A stretch of 61,980 bases of DNA. Origin: a virus. The notes beneath the pieces are model-generated. The model was not told the DNA's origin and made no database searches. It saw nothing but the letters and a program-made list of their open reading frames with translations. The stretch is taken from positions 1 to 61,980 of IMG/VR virus record IMGVR_UViG_3300026290_000012; one strand, written 5' to 3'. The stretch's first letter is position 1; each line of letters starts with the position of its first letter. Shown here piece by piece: positions 29,989-39,181 of the stretch. The position numbers and the translations under genes were made by a program.

Positions 29989-30031
29989 GTGCTCCACCGT
30001 TTTAGACGTCGGATCAAATCCAGTGGAGCAT
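29989..30031 (+). ncRNA. tRNA-like element 1 (weakest T-arm)
   Basis: GTGCTCCAC/GTGGAGCAT stem, CGT-TTTAG-ACG, GG-ATCAAAT-CC. Confidence 0.55.
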
Positions 30032-30062
30032 ATGCCCCAAATGGGGTAAAGGAAGTGATTTT

Positions 30063-30260
30063 ATGGGTGATTTAGGTTATTGTGCGGTATGCTATGACTG
30101 TGGAAAAGAATTTTTGTGTGGTGAACATATTCTTTCGTATCCTCCAAAAGAGAGAGTATGTTTTGAATGTGCTCATAAGAGACTAAAATACACCATAGAT
30201 GAATCAGAACCATACAATGATGATTTAGAGCCTTGTTTACCCTACTATGATTCTTTCTAA
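30063..30260 (+). CDS. small Zn-finger early protein
   Basis: CxxCxxC and CxxC; AGGAAGTGA RBS. Confidence 0.7.
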   Translation: MGDLGYCAVCYDCGKEFLCGEHILSYPPKERVCFECAHKRLKYTIDESEPYNDDLEPCLPYYDSF

Positions 30261-30300
30261 TCCCTCCATTTTAGATGTAGTGTTCAATCACAGTGGGATT
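30259..30300 (+). ncRNA. tRNA-like element 2
   Basis: AATCCCTC/GTGGGATT, CAT-TTTAG-ATG, GTG-TTCAAT-CAC. Confidence 0.65.
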
Positions 30301-30339
30301 TTTACCTATCAGGTAAAACTGATAGGAGGAAGTGAAAAA

Positions 30340-30768
30340 ATGGAGATATACGAAAGGAAAAAAACAACTCGTTTTGCGGTCGAACAACTGGAAAAACTCT
30401 TTGTATCGCTCAATGAGCGATTAGAGGAGGATATAGCCAATTTTGACGGTGAGAAGGAATTTTTTGCCATAGTGGAACATGATAATGGGTATATGCCTGG
30501 TGATTATAACAGAAATGTCTGGAAAACAGATAGAACGAAAATTGGATACCGAAATGGTGAGTTATGTTTGATTTGCCACAATTCTAGTTTTGACGAGGAA
30601 TACCGAGATTACTTTAAAGTTAGTGCTGATGAGTTTTGGAGAATTAAGAAAATTAACTTCAGCGAAATGTTTAACGCTCTCAAAGAGGTAGTTGAAGCAT
30701 ATAATGAGAAGTCGAAAGAGAAAGATAAGCAGATAGAACATTTTTTGGAAATTGCAAAACAATTTTAA
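30340..30768 (+). CDS. hypothetical early protein
   Basis: Start moved to ATG 30340 (AGGAGGAAGTGA RBS); in frame with track ORF 30247. Confidence 0.7.
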   Translation: MEIYERKKTTRFAVEQLEKLFVSLNERLEEDIANFDGEKEFFAIVEHDNGYMPGDYNRNVWKTDRTKIGYRNGELCLICHNSSFDEEYRDYFKVSADEFWRIKKINFSEMFNALKEVVEAYNEKSKEKDKQIEHFLEIAKQF

Positions 30769-30810
30769 CCCTTTTTCGCATTTTGGCGTTTGGTTCAATC
30801 CAGAAAAGGG
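30769..30810 (+). ncRNA. tRNA-like element 3
   Basis: CCCTTT/AAAGGG, CGC-ATTTTG-GCG, TTTGG-TTCAAT-CCAGA. Confidence 0.7.
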
Positions 30811-30846
30811 AATGCCTAGCAAAATGCTAGGTTATGAGGTAAAAGT

Positions 30847-30990
30847 ATGCAAGTATTTATTGAAGGGTGCAAAACCGCTAAAGAAGCGAGAGAAAAAGCA
30901 TCATGGGCTTCAAAAGTTGTAAAGGTTGAAGGTGGATATATTGCGTTTGAGTTTATGACTGATTACACCACATGGAAAAATCAAAAATAA
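30847..30990 (+). CDS. small protein MQVFIEGCKTAKEAREKASWASKVVKVEGGY (47 aa; not in ORF track)
   Basis: Manual translation; GAGGT RBS; bounded by elements 3 and 4. Confidence 0.75.
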   Translation: MQVFIEGCKTAKEAREKASWASKVVKVEGGYIAFEFMTDYTTWKNQK

Positions 30991-31036
30991 ACCCTTTTTA
31001 CTCGCAGGTAATGAGATTCGATTCTCAAAAGGGTTT
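30989..31036 (+). ncRNA. tRNA-like element 4 (best copy)
   Basis: AAACCCTTT/AAAGGGTTT, TTAC-TCGCAG-GTAA, TGAGA-TTCGAT-TCTCA, no unpaired linkers. Confidence 0.75.
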
Positions 31037-31062
31037 CCCGAAAGGGAAAGGAAAGTGAGAGA

Positions 31063-31635
31063 ATGATCATTGAAAGTGACGCAAAACATTTTTCGACACG
31101 TTATGTTGTTGGAAAGTATCGCATTTCGAGCATTCATTTTTTCGATACAAACGGTATTGTATGTGAGACTGATTGGGGATATCTTGAGAACAATGAAAAT
31201 TATATTCATCAGAGAATACCCAGTTTTGAGATTAAGAATCAAGACACTATTAAACTGAAGAGAAAACTTGATTTTAACACAAAAGAGGCATTTCTTTTTG
31301 AATCAAAAAGGGATTGGGATAATGCACTTACAACAAAACTGTATATCCCGTTTATCAAAGAGGATTGGGACATTGAAGAAGTATGGGAAATTGATATTGG
31401 TAATCCATCATTTGAAAATCTATGGAGAAAATTTCACCATAAAGAAAGTAATGCACTCATTAAGGTTAAAATTTCACAGAGAGATACAAAAGAAAAATCA
31501 TATATTGATAATCTCACTGAAATAATGAGATTAACTCATTATGACAAAGAAAATATGAGATTATCACAAAATGATATGGTAAACAACAAAGAACAGATTT
31601 TAGAACTAATGAAAGAGATTCTTAAATCCTCTTAA
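31063..31635 (+). CDS. hypothetical early protein (190 aa)
   Basis: RBS and cluster context. Confidence 0.7.
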   Translation: MIIESDAKHFSTRYVVGKYRISSIHFFDTNGIVCETDWGYLENNENYIHQRIPSFEIKNQDTIKLKRKLDFNTKEAFLFESKRDWDNALTTKLYIPFIKEDWDIEEVWEIDIGNPSFENLWRKFHHKESNALIKVKISQRDTKEKSYIDNLTEIMRLTHYDKENMRLSQNDMVNNKEQILELMKEILKSS

Positions 31636-31678
31636 CTTTTTCAGAAGTTAATCAAGGTTCATTACCTTAAGAGGATTT
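31624..31678 (+). ncRNA. tRNA-like element 5
   Basis: AAATCCTCTT/AAGAGGATTT, AACTT-TTTCAG-AAGTT, AAGG-TTCATTA-CCTT. Confidence 0.65.
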
Positions 31679-31705
31679 CCCGAAAGGGAGTGAGGAAGTG
31701 ATAAA

Positions 31706-31870
31706 ATGCTTCACGTATTGAAAAACGGCACAAAAAACATTGAACGGTTTTTAGAGAAATGTACTGTGAGAATACTCTGTAATCAATGTCATGGTGCTGG
31801 CTGTGCTCAGTGCTCAGGATATGGGTATACTAGAGAGATTATAGATCGGAAAAGAGTTTATGAGGTATAA
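31706..31870 (+). CDS. small DnaJ-type Zn-finger protein (54 aa; not in ORF track)
   Basis: Manual translation containing CNQCHGAG-CAQCSGYG; AGGAAGTGA RBS. Confidence 0.7.
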   Translation: MLHVLKNGTKNIERFLEKCTVRILCNQCHGAGCAQCSGYGYTREIIDRKRVYEV

Positions 31871-31873
31871 AGT

Positions 31874-32197
31874 ATGCAAAAATCAACCTTTAAGGTAGGA
31901 AGTATCATTAATGGTGCTTTAGGTATTTACATTCCTTATAATGTAGTCAATTTTGCTATACAAATGGGTTTTAATCCCTCTATTGAATGGAAACAATGTG
32001 TAAAAGAAGCAAAAGAAAAGGGAGAAGATGAAGAGGATTATTTGACACATAATTATGAATGGATTTATGAAGAGATGGAAAACGCCGAAAATTGGTTAAA
32101 CGCTGAAATAGCAGACAATGAACATTATTTTGGAACTGTGCTTGATGGAACAGATTGGGGCTATTGGAAAGTTGAAGAAGATTGGTTATCTATTTGA
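31874..32197 (+). CDS. acidic hypothetical early protein
   Basis: RBS, packing; Glu/Asp/Trp-rich. Confidence 0.7.
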   Translation: MQKSTFKVGSIINGALGIYIPYNVVNFAIQMGFNPSIEWKQCVKEAKEKGEDEEDYLTHNYEWIYEEMENAENWLNAEIADNEHYFGTVLDGTDWGYWKVEEDWLSI

Positions 32198-32209
32198 GGA
32201 GATGGAAGA

Positions 32210-32470
32210 ATGAAAGAGTATCTAAAAGAAATGAAAGAAAAAGGAAAGTATGATTATTATGCATGGCCTGGAGGATACCCATTATTTTATATTACAAAAG
32301 ATTATGGTATTTTGTGTCCAAAATGTTGTAATGAAAATAAAGAATTGTTAAATGATGAATATGATCCGCAATGGTTTGTTATCGATTATGAAGTTAACTG
32401 GGAAGATGATAAAATGTATTGTGATCATTGTAATGAAAAAATAGAAAGTGCATATAGTGAGGATGAATAA
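32210..32470 (+). CDS. acidic Zn-finger early protein
   Basis: AWPGGYP, CPKC, CDHC. Confidence 0.72.
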   Translation: MKEYLKEMKEKGKYDYYAWPGGYPLFYITKDYGILCPKCCNENKELLNDEYDPQWFVIDYEVNWEDDKMYCDHCNEKIESAYSEDE

Positions 32471-32512
32471 ACCCTTTTTACTTTAGGTAATGTGGTTCAA
32501 TCCAGAAAGGGG
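32471..32512 (+). ncRNA. tRNA-like element 6
   Basis: CCCTTT/AAGGGG, TTAC-TTTAG-GTAA, TGTGG-TTCAAT-CCAGA. Confidence 0.7.
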
Positions 32513-32544
32513 AATGTCCCATTAAGGGATTAGGAAGTGATTTT

Positions 32545-32988
32545 ATGCAAAAATGGAGCAGATCAGAGAATTATATAGGAGAAACGTATTATGACTACTA
32601 TGTTTTGCTCTCTCGTAATAGGGATAGTGGATTAGTAGAAGAATCAAATTTTTGGAGTGCTTTAAAGGCATTAAATGGAGAGAGTAAAACCGTTAAAGTT
32701 ATTCGTTCATCTCACTGGTTATGCGGATGGGTTGAATTTATTATAATCCATGAATCAGACATTAAAAGCGTTAATAAGGGTAATGAGATAGAAAAAGCAC
32801 TAGAAAATTATCCTATCCTAGATGAAGATGCGTTTGGTGAAATGGTATTAGAAAAAGAAACAGAAATGTTTGATCAAATAAAATATGATGCAGATCACGG
32901 TTTATATGCCTATTGGGATTTGCCGAAAGATTATACTGATGAGGATATATGGGAAAGAGTAAAAAGATATGTTTCTGATGAATGGTGA
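32545..32988 (+). CDS. acidic hypothetical early protein (147 aa)
   Basis: AGGAAGTGA RBS. Confidence 0.72.
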   Translation: MQKWSRSENYIGETYYDYYVLLSRNRDSGLVEESNFWSALKALNGESKTVKVIRSSHWLCGWVEFIIIHESDIKSVNKGNEIEKALENYPILDEDAFGEMVLEKETEMFDQIKYDADHGLYAYWDLPKDYTDEDIWERVKRYVSDEW

Positions 32989-32992
32989 TTAA

Positions 32993-33412
32993 ATGGAGTT
33001 TTCAGACATTTTAAAGCAGTTATGGCACAGTTCTTACTCTGATGCACTAACAGATCCAAAGGTGCATGTATTTGTAGGAAATAGCAGACACATTAGCGTT
33101 TCGCCGTTCTACAATTCAAATTGTGATATGGGTTTTGAAGATGAGAAGAAGTTACTACAAGGTAAGTTAAGGAAGATTAACGAAAATTTGTTTAAGAACT
33201 TTCATTTGCTTTGCTTTACGGAATTGAAAATTGTTCCGAAATTTAAACCTGGTAAAATCATCATATTCAATGAATATGGTGATTTTGTAAACGAACAGCA
33301 TATAAGGAATATACAAAAAATCATTAATGCTAATCCTCTTACAGTATTTAAGGTTAAAACAAAGCAGAATGTTGAATTGAAAGGTAATAATGTAAGAATG
33401 ATAAAGAAATAA
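32993..33412 (+). CDS. hypothetical early protein (139 aa)
   Basis: Operon packing. Confidence 0.65.
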   Translation: MEFSDILKQLWHSSYSDALTDPKVHVFVGNSRHISVSPFYNSNCDMGFEDEKKLLQGKLRKINENLFKNFHLLCFTELKIVPKFKPGKIIIFNEYGDFVNEQHIRNIQKIINANPLTVFKVKTKQNVELKGNNVRMIKK

Positions 33413-33541
33413 ATTCTCTTTTACTTTTCATAAAGGTTAATGGGTTTCCATTAACCGTGAAGAAGTGATAGGAGAAGAAAAAATGACTTATGAATTGACG
33501 AATGAAGGATTTAGAGCCAAGGTAGGAAGTGAGTTGAGATT

Positions 33542-33769
33542 ATGACATTTAAAGTATACATTATAGCCTGGAAAGACGGTAGTTCTCAAATCGGTGTAAA
33601 AAATTTGGGTTACAAATGGTATGAACGGTTTAAAGCGAATATTGATGATATCGATCAGGTATATGGATCTCAAATACCACATAGAGTAATCGCTGATACA
33701 CCTGATGGATATAGGATTATGACACCTACAGAAGCGAAACAAAGAGGATTTAAGTTTAGGTTTGTTTAG
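33542..33769 (+). CDS. hypothetical early protein (75 aa)
   Basis: GGAAGTGA RBS. Confidence 0.6.
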   Translation: MTFKVYIIAWKDGSSQIGVKNLGYKWYERFKANIDDIDQVYGSQIPHRVIADTPDGYRIMTPTEAKQRGFKFRFV

Positions 33770-33783
33770 ACAAGTGGAGTTTA

Positions 33784-33820
33784 GGTTAAGACAATTTATG
33801 TTGTCTTAACCACTTTTTTT
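33784..33820 (+). terminator. hairpin plus T-tract terminator of the early cluster
   Basis: GGTTAAGACAA-TTTATG-TTGTCTTAACC followed by ACTTTTTTT. Confidence 0.65.
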
Positions 33821-34425
33821 ATTCAATTTTGGTATTGCTACTATTTTGTTGATTAGTGTTACGGGATAATACTTTTTTGTTTCTATCCTATCCTGGTTAT
33901 GTGTGTAACTTTGGATAGTGAGAATGTCACCAGAGCCATATAGCGTTGATTTGAGACAGTTTGTTGATAATAGGTAGTTTAGTATGGGGAGAAGGGAGAT
34001 CGTCGATTTAAAGAAGGCATTTTTCTTTGAGATTTGGTGATTTGTGTTTTGATTTGGGTTTATTTGTGGAATTGTATAGAAGTATGATAAATGATTATAG
34101 ATTATTTGGATTTGGAAAGTAATTAATAAGTATGCACAAGTAGAGTTGTATACAAGTTGGATTGATGTAGAACAAGTGAAGTAGAATACAAGTAGTGTTG
34201 TGTTATTGTAATTTAGATTGAAAAACAATTGGGGTTGATATTGGGAAAGAGGAATGGATTAACAAGTAGAATTGTTTTAGATTAAATGGAGTTGTTAAGT
34301 AAAAAAAGTTTAGTTAAGTAAAGTAAACTATCCTCACCGCTCATAACCTGGAACTCATCATTCAATTTTCAGGTGTAACAATTTGTAACATTTTTGCATA
34401 TTTATTCGTATTAATTCGAACAATA

Positions 34426-34580
34426 AATCTATATAGATTCTATAAAACTATATAGTTTTCTATAGTGCTCTATAGGTCACTATAGTATTAGTTAGGTTAA
34501 ACCTAACTATCACCATTTCCATACATATACATGATTTATCACGATATGTATGTTGCCTATCTATCACGATCTATCACGGC
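34426..34580. repeat. helically phased TATAG repeats and palindromes
   Basis: TATAA/TATAG at 34441, 34451, 34461, 34471, 34481; palindromes at 34426-39, 34444-59, 34489-509; TATCACG x3. Confidence 0.75.
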
Positions 34581-35323
34581 TTGACTTGCGGTAAATGGAT
34601 ATTCCCCGCAATTATGCGTTTTGTTGTCTATTTGACTATTACTCAAAAAACTATGGAGATACACCAATAGAGTACATAGAATAGCGCAATAGCATAATGC
34701 TCACAGTGACAATATCGCGCGCGCCATACATCACTGTAGAAGTAGGGGCATATTGGGCAGGGATTAGAGCGTTGTATGATGAGGAATTGATGATACACAA
34801 GAGCATTTTTGTTTTCAATTTAATTCTTTTTTACTTTGACATTCCCTACCTATGATCAGTATCGCATGAGACACACATAGTATCGATATGAGACATTATG
34901 ATACCTGGTTGATATGCGAGTTGACACCGGATATGATAGGCTATTGTGGTGCTATTGTATGGCTATGTGTTGTCCATCTCACATATGAGATAGTCCACCA
35001 TTATTCACCACTTGATATGACTATGTATACCTATGTGCATTAATACAAATAGATGGACATTGATGTATTAGTTCGTACATTTACGAAAAGAGAAGCCCAG
35101 GGGTACCTTCGCACACTCAGGTTAAGTGCCTCATAAAAATTTTATAAAAAAATAACTAAACATGCCCATTCTGCCCTCTAAAACAGTCAAAATCCCACAT
35201 TATAATCACTTAACCCTATAACCATAACCCAAAAAAGAAATTATAACTTTTTAACCCAATTTAACGCAAAATAAACACTCTAAAATTATTTTTCTACAAA
35301 AAATTACAAAAAAGTGGGGTAAA

Positions 35324-35551
35324 TCACTTCCAGCACCACTTTACACCGTCATAAATCAACATAACACCAAATAAAACCATAAATAACAAACCAAACATTA
35401 TTGCACCTACAAAAGAACAATAACCAAAATCCATTATCAAACTATTCTCAAACAAAGCACCAACAAGCCATATTATACCTGTAAAAAAACAAATAAACAA
35501 AAACCCAAGAAACACACTCACAAAATCAATACAATCTATGTCAAATCTCAT
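35324..35551 (-). CDS. small two-helix membrane protein
   Basis: Hydrophobic ORF at the end of the minus-strand block. Confidence 0.55.
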   Translation of the reverse strand: MRFDIDCIDFVSVFLGFLFICFFTGIIWLVGALFENSLIMDFGYCSFVGAIMFGLLFMVLFGVMLIYDGVKWCWK

Positions 35552-35560
35552 TTTTAACCC

Positions 35561-35869
35561 CTAAATAATCTCTTTCCACGTAATTAACATATCCTTAAGT
35601 CCACTCCAACCGTATTTTGGTTCTGTTACAGTTTTATTCGCTGTAATCTCATATTTAGCATCCTCAACCTCTTTCATATTATCAAGAGGACACCAGGACG
35701 GAATACTCCTATTAAAAACATCTTCATCAATGACTCTTCCTCTCCTTCCAGGTTCATTCTCATCCATGAATAATGTGCAAACTGGTTCAGAGAAAGGCCA
35801 TGATGTTGTTCTATATTGTCCAACAGGACATTCCTTGCAATTGCACACTTTAAACATAATCACTTTCAT
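35561..35869 (-). CDS. Cys-rich hypothetical protein
   Basis: CKEC..C..WCPL; start taken at ATG 35869. Confidence 0.6.
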   Translation of the reverse strand: MKVIMFKVCNCKECPVGQYRTTSWPFSEPVCTLFMDENEPGRRGRVIDEDVFNRSIPSWCPLDNMKEVEDAKYEITANKTVTEPKYGWSGLKDMLITWKEII

Positions 35870-35926
35870 AATTTCAATCCTCACTCTTTTACTCTCCAGT
35901 AACACTTTCCCGCACAATCGTAACAC

Positions 35927-36286
35927 TCATATCTTCACCACAAACACTTTCTTTCCTACCTTACACATTTCTTGTATCATACTCTTTGTCCCATTACCAC
36001 CTGCATCAAAGGCAATTAGTATATCACCATACTCTGCCATTTGTCTATTACGAATTGGCCCTGCTGCCCGTCCATATTTATTCCAATCAGCCGGGAATCG
36101 TTTTACACTCCATCCATGCTTCTTTGCATACTGTTCACCAAGAGTATCAACACCAGGAGCACCACCAGAAATAAATTCAGTAGGAAGAATAAACTCTGTA
36201 ATCAATATATCATTTACCTGCTCTTCGAGAAACACGTAATCATCAAAGTAGCGAGAACCGGCAATAATTATACGCATAATAATCAC
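35927..36286 (-). CDS. SLOG-family (DUF2493/YspA-like) protein
   Basis: IIIAGSR, ISGGAPGVD, PADWNKYGRAAGPIRN, GTKSMI. Confidence 0.85.
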   Translation of the reverse strand: MIIMRIIIAGSRYFDDYVFLEEQVNDILITEFILPTEFISGGAPGVDTLGEQYAKKHGWSVKRFPADWNKYGRAAGPIRNRQMAEYGDILIAFDAGGNGTKSMIQEMCKVGKKVFVVKI

Positions 36287-36573
36287 TCAAACCATTTTCT
36301 TGCACGTTCAAACCAGGATTCATACTTCCATTCCTTACCCTTTTCTGTAAGGGAAATAACACCCACTGACGAATCATATTTATCATACTCAACTGTTACT
36401 AATCCTTTTATTATGAGTGTTTCAATATCAATTCTCTTACACGTTAATAAATTACCATTCAATATTCTAGGAATAAACCAACACTCATCGGACAGATCAT
36501 AAATAATAGTGTAATCACCTTCCTTCTGCAACTTATACATTATTTCCCGTTGCTTATGTGTTAGGTCAGACAT
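36283..36573 (-). CDS. winged-helix-like hypothetical protein
   Basis: LTHKQREIM...LIIKGLV...ISLTEKG pattern. Confidence 0.55.
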   Translation of the reverse strand: MSDLTHKQREIMYKLQKEGDYTIIYDLSDECWFIPRILNGNLLTCKRIDIETLIIKGLVTVEYDKYDSSVGVISLTEKGKEWKYESWFERARKWFE

Positions 36574-36793
36574 CTTTTACACCTAGTGTCTCTTCTCGTA
36601 GTGATAACCGTTCATATTCACTCCACCTTCACCGCTTTACCAAATAATCCCCATGCGAAAGTGTTAATAATTACCAACATTGTAGGGACAAATTCAAAGT
36701 TAATACTCAGTAGGCACACAAGCGATGCAAAACCCATTATGAAAAGAAAGAGGGAGAAACCATCAAGTTGCAATTTATAATCTTTAGTGTAAG

Positions 36794-37009
36794 TCATTTC
36801 TTCCCCTCCAGGTGATAAAATCCATTCTCTGCAAGTTCCCTAATGCGCGAAACATGTAGGAAACAATTAGTGCCATAATAACAAATACAAGTCATTTCCT
36901 CAAGTTGTTTTAAGTCTCTTACAAGTGTAGCCTGATTCATTACTTTTCCACTCTTTAATCCGTAATAATGAGAATCGTAGCGGGGCCTACTTCTGACCTT
37001 GTTCCACAT
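36794..37009 (-). CDS. hypothetical protein (71 aa)
   Basis: Operon packing. Confidence 0.5.
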   Translation of the reverse strand: MWNKVRSRPRYDSHYYGLKSGKVMNQATLVRDLKQLEEMTCICYYGTNCFLHVSRIRELAENGFYHLEGKK

Positions 37010-37224
37010 CCATGATATTCAGGATAAATCAGATGTAACAAATATCTATCCTCAACACCAACCACAAACGTTTCAACGCCCATACGCTTCTTTAATTCTT
37101 CAACTAAATCTTTGGTAGAAATATTCTCAAGTTTGTTGAATGGATTATATTTACTACCATTTACTCTAATCTCAACATCGCAATACAGTTTACCGATTGA
37201 TTTACCATTTACCATTTTAATCAC
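36955..37224 (-). CDS. hypothetical protein (89 aa)
   Basis: GGAGTGA RBS. Confidence 0.55.
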   Translation of the reverse strand: MIKMVNGKSIGKLYCDVEIRVNGSKYNPFNKLENISTKDLVEELKKRMGVETFVVGVEDRYLLHLIYPEYHGCGTRSEVGPATILIITD

Positions 37225-37227
37225 TCC

Positions 37228-37662
37228 TTACAGATTCCACAAATCTATGTGTCCTACAACTTCTGCATACTTGATTTCCTTATCATAATAATTATCAAAA
37301 GTTTTTAAACCAAGTTTACTAAACCATTGAATAGTAGCGGATTCTTCACCTACATATTTAACAAAACCCCTGAGAATACCACGCTCAATCACATCACCCA
37401 CTTTTAGATCCTTCACGTAGACTTTCCTACACGGTTTGATTACAAGTGTCTCCCAATTAATAGGGCCTTTGAATGTCATTCTATACTTCCCTACATAACA
37501 CACAACAACAGGATGAAATACACCACAGTTATGTGCTTCATCGTAATGATATTTAACATCTACACTATCAATTACAGCATCAACATTCTTGTAACCCCAG
37601 GGTTCATAGGAAAGTTTCACTTCCATGCCCGGTTTCAACTCTATGTAGTCTTTACACGACAT
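37228..37662 (-). CDS. hypothetical protein (144 aa, SH3-like beta segments)
   Basis: Promoter-proximal ORF. Confidence 0.6.
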   Translation of the reverse strand: MSCKDYIELKPGMEVKLSYEPWGYKNVDAVIDSVDVKYHYDEAHNCGVFHPVVVCYVGKYRMTFKGPINWETLVIKPCRKVYVKDLKVGDVIERGILRGFVKYVGEESATIQWFSKLGLKTFDNYYDKEIKYAEVVGHIDLWNL

Positions 37663-37684
37663 ACATTATAATGCACGTAGGAGG

Positions 37685-37698
37685 AAATAAAGGTTACG
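37685..37698 (-). promoter_or_regulatory. BRE/TATA promoter motif CGTAAYCT-W-rich
   Basis: CGTAACCTTTATTT here; CGTAATCTTTTTAT at 39646-39659; CGTAACCTATTTAT at 42105-42118 before the tRNAs. Confidence 0.55.
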
Positions 37699-37845
37699 AT
37701 TTAGTTTGAAAAGAGGAATAGTGTAACCACATTAGAATCAAAATATATGGTGCTAAACATATCAAAACTGCATACTTTAGACACCTATCTTACGCGGGAC
37801 ATACTTTTACATGGGTAGGAAAAGTAGTGTGAAAAAAGTGATGAT

Positions 37846-38166
37846 TTACTCTTCAAATTGGGCTTTAAAAATCATGTCGTAAATCTCACACGCGCATTCA
37901 ATCGCCTTACGCATATTCTCATCAGCGATTTCACACTTGTCATTGAGGTAGGCAATTACATTCCACAACTCAATGCGCTTTCCACCTTCAGGTGTAAGGT
38001 CATTGTAGACTCTAATACTATACCCACTTTTAATTAGTACCACAGACTTGTTCTTACGATTAATATGCATTTCCTCGAAGTAGTCAAATGGGTTATCCTT
38101 AATAGAATCATTTACATAATCACAATCAACACATTTTACAATATCTCTAATTTTAAAGTCACTCAT
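37846..38166 (-). CDS. hypothetical protein (106 aa)
   Basis: GAGGTG RBS. Confidence 0.62.
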   Translation of the reverse strand: MSDFKIRDIVKCVDCDYVNDSIKDNPFDYFEEMHINRKNKSVVLIKSGYSIRVYNDLTPEGGKRIELWNVIAYLNDKCEIADENMRKAIECACEIYDMIFKAQFEE

Positions 38167-38169
38167 TTC

Positions 38170-38370
38170 TTACACCTCATTTTCATAAAACTGTTTCCAA
38201 CATTTAACAATATAATCAATCTCCTGTTCATTCATTTCTAATTCAATGGATTCACCACTATACGTTTTGATTACAACTTTATAACCATCTATACAAGCAA
38301 TGTCACGCACATCAAATGCAGTAATAAAACCACGTTGTTCATTTTTAAAAACAATGATTGGTTGCTTCAT
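38170..38370 (-). CDS. hypothetical protein (66 aa)
   Basis: GAGGTG RBS. Confidence 0.6.
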   Translation of the reverse strand: MKQPIIVFKNEQRGFITAFDVRDIACIDGYKVVIKTYSGESIELEMNEQEIDYIVKCWKQFYENEV

Positions 38371-38380
38371 TTCTTACACC

Positions 38381-38644
38381 TCACAAAAACCATGTTCCTT
38401 CTTCTATACCGTGGTAAATCTTCATGTATAACCGAAATTCAATCATGTCAATGTTGCAGTTATCGCGCCGAATCTCCTTTGACAGTTCAATGAAAACATA
38501 CTCAAGATCATCACTCTTCTTTGTTGAGAATACACTAAGTTTCCTACCAGAATTAAGTGTAAGAACAATATTATCCTGAAATATTTCCATGAGTGATATA
38601 CTATCAACACTAATCAGATTCCTGTTAGAGTAAATGTAACGCAT
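38381..38644 (-). CDS. hypothetical protein
   Basis: Start taken at ATG 38644, next to the upstream stop. Confidence 0.55.
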   Translation of the reverse strand: MRYIYSNRNLISVDSISLMEIFQDNIVLTLNSGRKLSVFSTKKSDDLEYVFIELSKEIRRDNCNIDMIEFRLYMKIYHGIEEGTWFL

Positions 38645-38645
38645 A

Positions 38646-39026
38646 TTAATCATCCTCGATTGTAATTTCAGGTAAGGGTTCATGTCCCGTTTTCATCGGT
38701 TCATTGAAGTCCACAGTCCATCCACCTTCCGGGTAACGTTTCCATGCGCGCGCATGTCGAATTACCTGATAAATATCCCATGCCTCTTGTCCTGGCCCTA
38801 CAATGTCATTGTAAATACTATAATACTCATTTGACTCAAGTTCAGGGAAAATCATTTCACGTAAGCGATCAAGATAGAAACGCGCATTGTCCTGGTTGAA
38901 CTCGTGCTCGAACCTAAATTCGTCGGAGATTACATGGAACTGTCCCATACGCACACGAGAGTAAAACTCAAGTGCGCTCATTAGAACTTGTGCCTGACGC
39001 TGATTAAATGTAAGGGTAATCTTCAT
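38646..39026 (-). CDS. hypothetical protein (126 aa)
   Basis: GGTGA RBS. Confidence 0.65.
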   Translation of the reverse strand: MKITLTFNQRQAQVLMSALEFYSRVRMGQFHVISDEFRFEHEFNQDNARFYLDRLREMIFPELESNEYYSIYNDIVGPGQEAWDIYQVIRHARAWKRYPEGGWTVDFNEPMKTGHEPLPEITIEDD

Positions 39027-39181
39027 TGCACTTCACCACGAATTTTTATTTCTTATGGTAATCGTAATTTCATCACCAATAAACTGACTCATAATGTCAT
39101 CTAAATCTGTAGCACCTACTTTCCATGTGTGTAAGTCATTATCATAACTGCAATAACCTTTAATTCTTGTTTCCTCAATCA

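Noticed and set aside
33413-33464. Possible seventh tRNA-like element
   Set aside because: Has a strong hairpin in the same intergenic position but no T-loop or D-like loop consensus.
33806-34228. 140-aa minus-strand ORF
   Set aside because: Arises from the G/T-skewed low-complexity trailer; no RBS or motif.
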